Assembly: GCA_903883965.1 (NCBI GenBank)
Contig: CAISCU010000006.1
Location: forward strand, 4,103-68,102
DNA from: an uncultured Bacteroidota bacterium
Lineage (GTDB): Bacteria; Bacteroidota; Bacteroidia; UKL13-3
DNA length: 64,000 bases
Direction of reading: 5' to 3'
Shown: positions 60,498 through 64,000 of the stretch, one piece after another
Position numbering within the stretch: position 1 is the first letter of the stretch
Layout: each line of letters begins with the position of its first letter
The notes under the pieces: model-generated
Database searches by the model: none
What the model saw: the letters and a program-made list of their open reading frames with translations, nothing else
Told to the model about the DNA's origin: nothing
Translations under genes and position numbers: made by a program

Positions 60498-62831
60498 TTA
60501 CTTCACTTTCACTTTCATTACTTCTGTTAAGGTTACTGCAAAAGGAATTCCAGCGGCTGTTACATGATTATTTTTTGCTTTTATTTCTTTGAATTTTTCT
60601 AATTCTTTAAAATTAAAACTTGCTCCTTTAAAATCATTGCATTCTTCTTTTTCTATTTCAATTACTAAATAATAGTCTTTAAGGTCGCCGGTTTTGTAAC
60701 CAATTAAGCTTGTGCCTTTATAAACTTTGGGTCCTTTCCTTTTTATTTTGAAAACTCTATTTGCGGTATCTTTTCCTGATTCTCTAAGTAGTAAATATTT
60801 TGCATTAACAACATTGTTTTCCAAACTTAACGACCCTTTGTCGTCATCCATCCTGAAATTATATTTCCCTTCTTTTTTGTACCAATCTATATTCGAACTA
60901 TTCTTGCAGTAGCCAACTAAAACAAATGTTTCATCTGGAATCAATTTTTCGTTTTTCGCTAAGTCTAAATATTCAGGCATTGGCTCGTTTAGAATATTTG
61001 TATCGTCCTTTTGATATTTGTGTATATCGTAAATTTTAACAGCAGTATGTTCTCTTTGAGAGGCTCTGTCAATAAAGTTTGCAATTACTTTTCTAATGAA
61101 AGTTTTTAATTGTTCTTTATCCTTATCGTCTTTATTGGGTTTAATTACAAAAGCACCTAAACCAGGTATCAATTCATGAAAGCCTCTAAATGGTTCATCC
61201 TTGCCTTCTCCAGGATATAAAACATAGGCTCCACCTGTTCTTCTAATTGCATCTTTATAGGCATGCATTTTCAGTAAGTCCTGATTTTTAACTGTTCCTT
61301 TCTTTACTTCCTCTTCTTCATCTTTTATGAGTTCCTTGTTTTCTTCTTCTGTCAACTCTTCGCCTTTAGATTTAGTAATTAATTTATAAAAATCTTTGAC
61401 TTTGTATTTTGCATCAAAATGAATGTGGGTTATTAATTCTGTCTTTTCAGCCTCTTTAGCTTCTTTTATTTCTTCAGGCCAAATAGATAAAGTAAAATCA
61501 GGCCGAAGGGTTGTAGTATAACTTCCTGCATTCGGAAAGGTTTTACCACCACCAAAAGAACGATTATAGGAGAACTGAATATTCAAATTTCTAGCGGTTG
61601 ATTTATAAACACCTTTCATTGCTATTGCCGTTCCTTGTTTTAAGTTAAGCGATAATTGTCCTTTGTCATATTGTATCAATTCTGCAATACTTTTTGGCTC
61701 AATCTCAAACACTTCTTTTAACAAGTCAAGTAGTGTAAAAAACAACCAATACTCGTATAGCGTGGCTATATCTTTTTTTCCAGCATCGTAAACATTGTCG
61801 CCACCATGCCAGATTAATTTGGCTGCTAAGTCAAATTTTAGCCAGGCATTTAAAACTTCTCTATAGCCGCTTTTTCTTTGAAGTACTGGGCTGTTTAGTT
61901 TTAAAGAGGTAGGTCTTGAAATTTCCTTAAAAAAAGATTGATTTAGTAAAGTAGATATTTTTGTTGCGAGCAGTCCTGATTCAAATTTTGCGGTCGAATA
62001 ATTTTCAAATTTCAATTCGCAATTTTCGCAGAAAAAAAGAAATTCTTCTAAAGCATGTTTAATAAAACGATTTTCGGATGTATCTATAGATTCTGTTTTT
62101 CTTGTACTATCTATTTTGGATGGAATAGAAGCTAATCCGAAATTCCTATTTAAAAAGTGATCACTACTTATTTCTATTCGCTTACTTTTGGCAACCAATT
62201 GTTTTATGTTTTTTTGATTAAATCTTTTTATTCTACGAATATCTTTTACATCATGTTCCTCTTCCCATTTGGTGGTAGGATTGGAAACTATTTTTTGTAT
62301 TGATTCTTCAAATTCTTGCGAGTCAATCAATGATTTTACAAAAGAAAATCGTTGATATAAAGTTTGTGGGTTCTTATTGAAATCAGTTTCAAAATGTTGA
62401 GTAATTGGTGAATCAATTTGCATGATTAAATCAGTGCATCTTTCAGTGATGTACTCAAGCATGTAGCGGTAATCTGTTCTATAATCAGACTTAACTGATT
62501 GAACCTCCAATTTAATTTTATAGGGTTTTAGCAGTTCTTCTATATGAATGATTTCTAAAGTTAAAGCTCCTACATAAGTATTGGGTGAAATAATTCCTAT
62601 ATGGTGCTTTCTGCTGTGAGCTTGCACGTAATCTGTCTTTTCAAAGGCATATTGGGTGTTTGAAAATTCATAATCATAAAAGTAACCTTCTTTAAGTTGA
62701 TAGCTACTTTCCCCTTCTTTATCTGCATCTATAACTTCAAATAACGTATCAGGTTTTTTAGCATCTATGGTTAGTGATAAACCTTTTTCTATAAAATCTA
62801 GTGGTATCTTTATGGAAGTTAATGATGTCAT
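60498..62831 (-). CDS. 777-aa multidomain predicted PD-(D/E)XK nuclease, McrC-like (DUF2357/DUF524-type)
   Basis: RPDFTL...HIHFDAKYK (PD...D-x-K), then KMHAYKDAI...GAYVLYP as in McrC-type cores; acidic linker; about 400-aa N-terminal and about 170-aa C-terminal domains unassigned. Confidence 0.5.
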   Translation of the reverse strand: MTSLTSIKIPLDFIEKGLSLTIDAKKPDTLFEVIDADKEGESSYQLKEGYFYDYEFSNTQYAFEKTDYVQAHSRKHHIGIISPNTYVGALTLEIIHIEELLKPYKIKLEVQSVKSDYRTDYRYMLEYITERCTDLIMQIDSPITQHFETDFNKNPQTLYQRFSFVKSLIDSQEFEESIQKIVSNPTTKWEEEHDVKDIRRIKRFNQKNIKQLVAKSKRIEISSDHFLNRNFGLASIPSKIDSTRKTESIDTSENRFIKHALEEFLFFCENCELKFENYSTAKFESGLLATKISTLLNQSFFKEISRPTSLKLNSPVLQRKSGYREVLNAWLKFDLAAKLIWHGGDNVYDAGKKDIATLYEYWLFFTLLDLLKEVFEIEPKSIAELIQYDKGQLSLNLKQGTAIAMKGVYKSTARNLNIQFSYNRSFGGGKTFPNAGSYTTTLRPDFTLSIWPEEIKEAKEAEKTELITHIHFDAKYKVKDFYKLITKSKGEELTEEENKELIKDEEEEVKKGTVKNQDLLKMHAYKDAIRRTGGAYVLYPGEGKDEPFRGFHELIPGLGAFVIKPNKDDKDKEQLKTFIRKVIANFIDRASQREHTAVKIYDIHKYQKDDTNILNEPMPEYLDLAKNEKLIPDETFVLVGYCKNSSNIDWYKKEGKYNFRMDDDKGSLSLENNVVNAKYLLLRESGKDTANRVFKIKRKGPKVYKGTSLIGYKTGDLKDYYLVIEIEKEECNDFKGASFNFKELEKFKEIKAKNNHVTAAGIPFAVTLTEVMKVKVK

Positions 62832-62836
62832 AAAGT

Positions 62837-63841
62837 CTAATTGTTTTTATTTTCAATTAGTTGTTGCAATTCTTTTTTACTTGGAAGAATCAATTCATAT
62901 TTACTTGCAAATACTTGGTTATTGTTTTCAGGTAAGGTAATTTCTACCAATGTGTCTTTTTTGTCTTTACATAGTATAATACCAATGGTTTTGTTTTCTT
63001 CTTCAAGTTTTACATATCTATCGTAGTAGTTTACATACATCTGCATCTGACCAAGATCTTGGTGTTTGAGCTTGCCAATTTTCAAATCAATGAGTACAAA
63101 ACATTTGAGCAAACGGTTATAAAATACCAAATCAACTCTATAGTGCTCCTCATCAAATGTAAATCGTTCTTGTCGACCAACAAACGTAAATCCTTTTCCC
63201 AATTCCAGAAGAAAATGCTCTAGTTTATTAATTAATTCTACCTCTAAGTCTGTTTCATTATATAAGTTTGATTCAGGCAGATTTAAAAATTCTAATATAT
63301 ATGGATCTTTAATGATATCACTTGCTGTTTCTACAATTTGTCCTTTTTTTGATAGTTCAATAACACCTTTTTTATCTTTACTCAACAACAATCTTTCATA
63401 TAGCGATGCATCAATTTGACGCTCAAGTTCCCTAACGGTCCAATTATTCTTTTCTATTTCAATTTCATAAAAACTGCGTTCTTCTTCATTGCTAATACGC
63501 ATTAAATGAAGATAATGAGACCATCCTATTGATTGCGAAAACGCTGTTTTCGCAATCTTATAAGTGATGTAGAATTTTCTTATGAGTTCTAGTTTTCTCT
63601 TGGAGAATCCTTTACCAAACTCCTTTGACAATTCATTGGAAAGTCTTTCTAATAAATAATCTCCGTAATTGGAGTAATGATTACCATCTTGCTCGTGTTC
63701 AACAATTCTTCTTCCAAGTTCATAATAAGTTTGAACCATTATTGAATTAACGGATTTGGTTACACCTAACTGAGCATCTTTTATTAATTGCTTAATTTGT
63801 GCTACAAACGAATTGGTTTTATCTTGAATTTCATTACTCAT
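62837..63841 (-). CDS. YhcG-family (DUF1016) PD-(D/E)XK nuclease
   Basis: N-terminal VQTYYELGRRIVE; C-terminal YRVDLVFYN..LKCFVLIDLKIGK nuclease core. Confidence 0.75.
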   Translation of the reverse strand: MSNEIQDKTNSFVAQIKQLIKDAQLGVTKSVNSIMVQTYYELGRRIVEHEQDGNHYSNYGDYLLERLSNELSKEFGKGFSKRKLELIRKFYITYKIAKTAFSQSIGWSHYLHLMRISNEEERSFYEIEIEKNNWTVRELERQIDASLYERLLLSKDKKGVIELSKKGQIVETASDIIKDPYILEFLNLPESNLYNETDLEVELINKLEHFLLELGKGFTFVGRQERFTFDEEHYRVDLVFYNRLLKCFVLIDLKIGKLKHQDLGQMQMYVNYYDRYVKLEEENKTIGIILCKDKKDTLVEITLPENNNQVFASKYELILPSKKELQQLIENKNN

Positions 63842-63846
63842 ACTAA

Positions 63847-64000
63847 TTATGCTTCAGCGTAACTGGCAAAACCATTTTCTACTGCGTTTTTATACATCCT
63901 ACAAATTTTTTCAAATGAAATTTTGTATTTGATATTATCATTTGCTGCAATTTGCACTTCAGTTAACTCATTGTTTACGAATTTATCTAAGTAATCTTCT
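63847..64000 (-). CDS. 3' end of an unidentified gene (C-terminus ...FEKICRMYKNAVENGFASYAEA), first gene of the same-strand operon
   Basis: Open frame runs to the window edge; stop 5 nt before the YhcG start. Confidence 0.4.
   Translation of the reverse strand, partial: EDYLDKFVNNELTEVQIAANDNIKYKISFEKICRMYKNAVENGFASYAEA

Noticed and set aside
1-64000. Integrase, transposase, recombinase or other mobile-element genes
   Set aside because: None found in any frame. The att-like repeat and the decayed zone therefore have no cognate recombinase in this window.

Overview
A 64-kb stretch of a low-GC Bacteroidota chromosome (Flavobacteriia/Sphingobacteriia-like). The evidence is many proteins with type IX secretion (T9SS) C-terminal sorting domains, a Bacteroidetes TAnnTTTG -7 promoter box, the DUF4292/DUF4286/DUF5686/DUF1456 protein families and an rpoN-linked two-component system. 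Most of the window is ordinary core genome. It holds hbd, erpA/iscA, rpsT, radC, glyA, a FabK-like flavoenzyme, phoD, a cyclophilin, menD-menB, a NUDIX hydrolase, dut and a dCMP deaminase. It also holds the conserved block flippase-dut-nucleotidyltransferase-TPR-DUF4292-M23 peptidase, and rpoN with an upstream PspC-histidine kinase-response regulator operon. Large T9SS cargo is present: a 766-aa endonuclease-I-type extracellular nuclease, a 1652-aa GEVED-type giant protein, a 1334-aa adhesin with 10 tandem GPNGF-type repeats, and two smaller cargo proteins. Accessory-looking parts are as follows. (i) A tRNA-Arg(CCU) whose 3' 40 bp is duplicated 65 bp away, which looks like an att-site scar; beside it sit a YENQA-repeat secreted mini-protein and a phage tail-collar-domain protein. 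(ii) An ArsR-DUF6428-like-41-codon micro-ORF-ArsC operon with no arsenite pump. (iii) An LruC-like 1048-aa surface protein. (iv) A decayed zone with a C-terminal remnant of an AI-2E transporter and a frameshifted, truncated Fic gene. (v) Directly next to (iv), a tightly packed, AT-rich, same-strand operon at the right edge of the window: an unknown partial gene, a YhcG/DUF1016 PD-(D/E)XK nuclease, a 777-aa McrC-like (DUF2357/DUF524-type) PD-(D/E)XK protein with no McrB-like GTPase visible, and a short FGase-family amidohydrolase. This operon is the best candidate for an undescribed defence-type system. All calls come from reading the sequence and ORF translations by eye. No searches were run.
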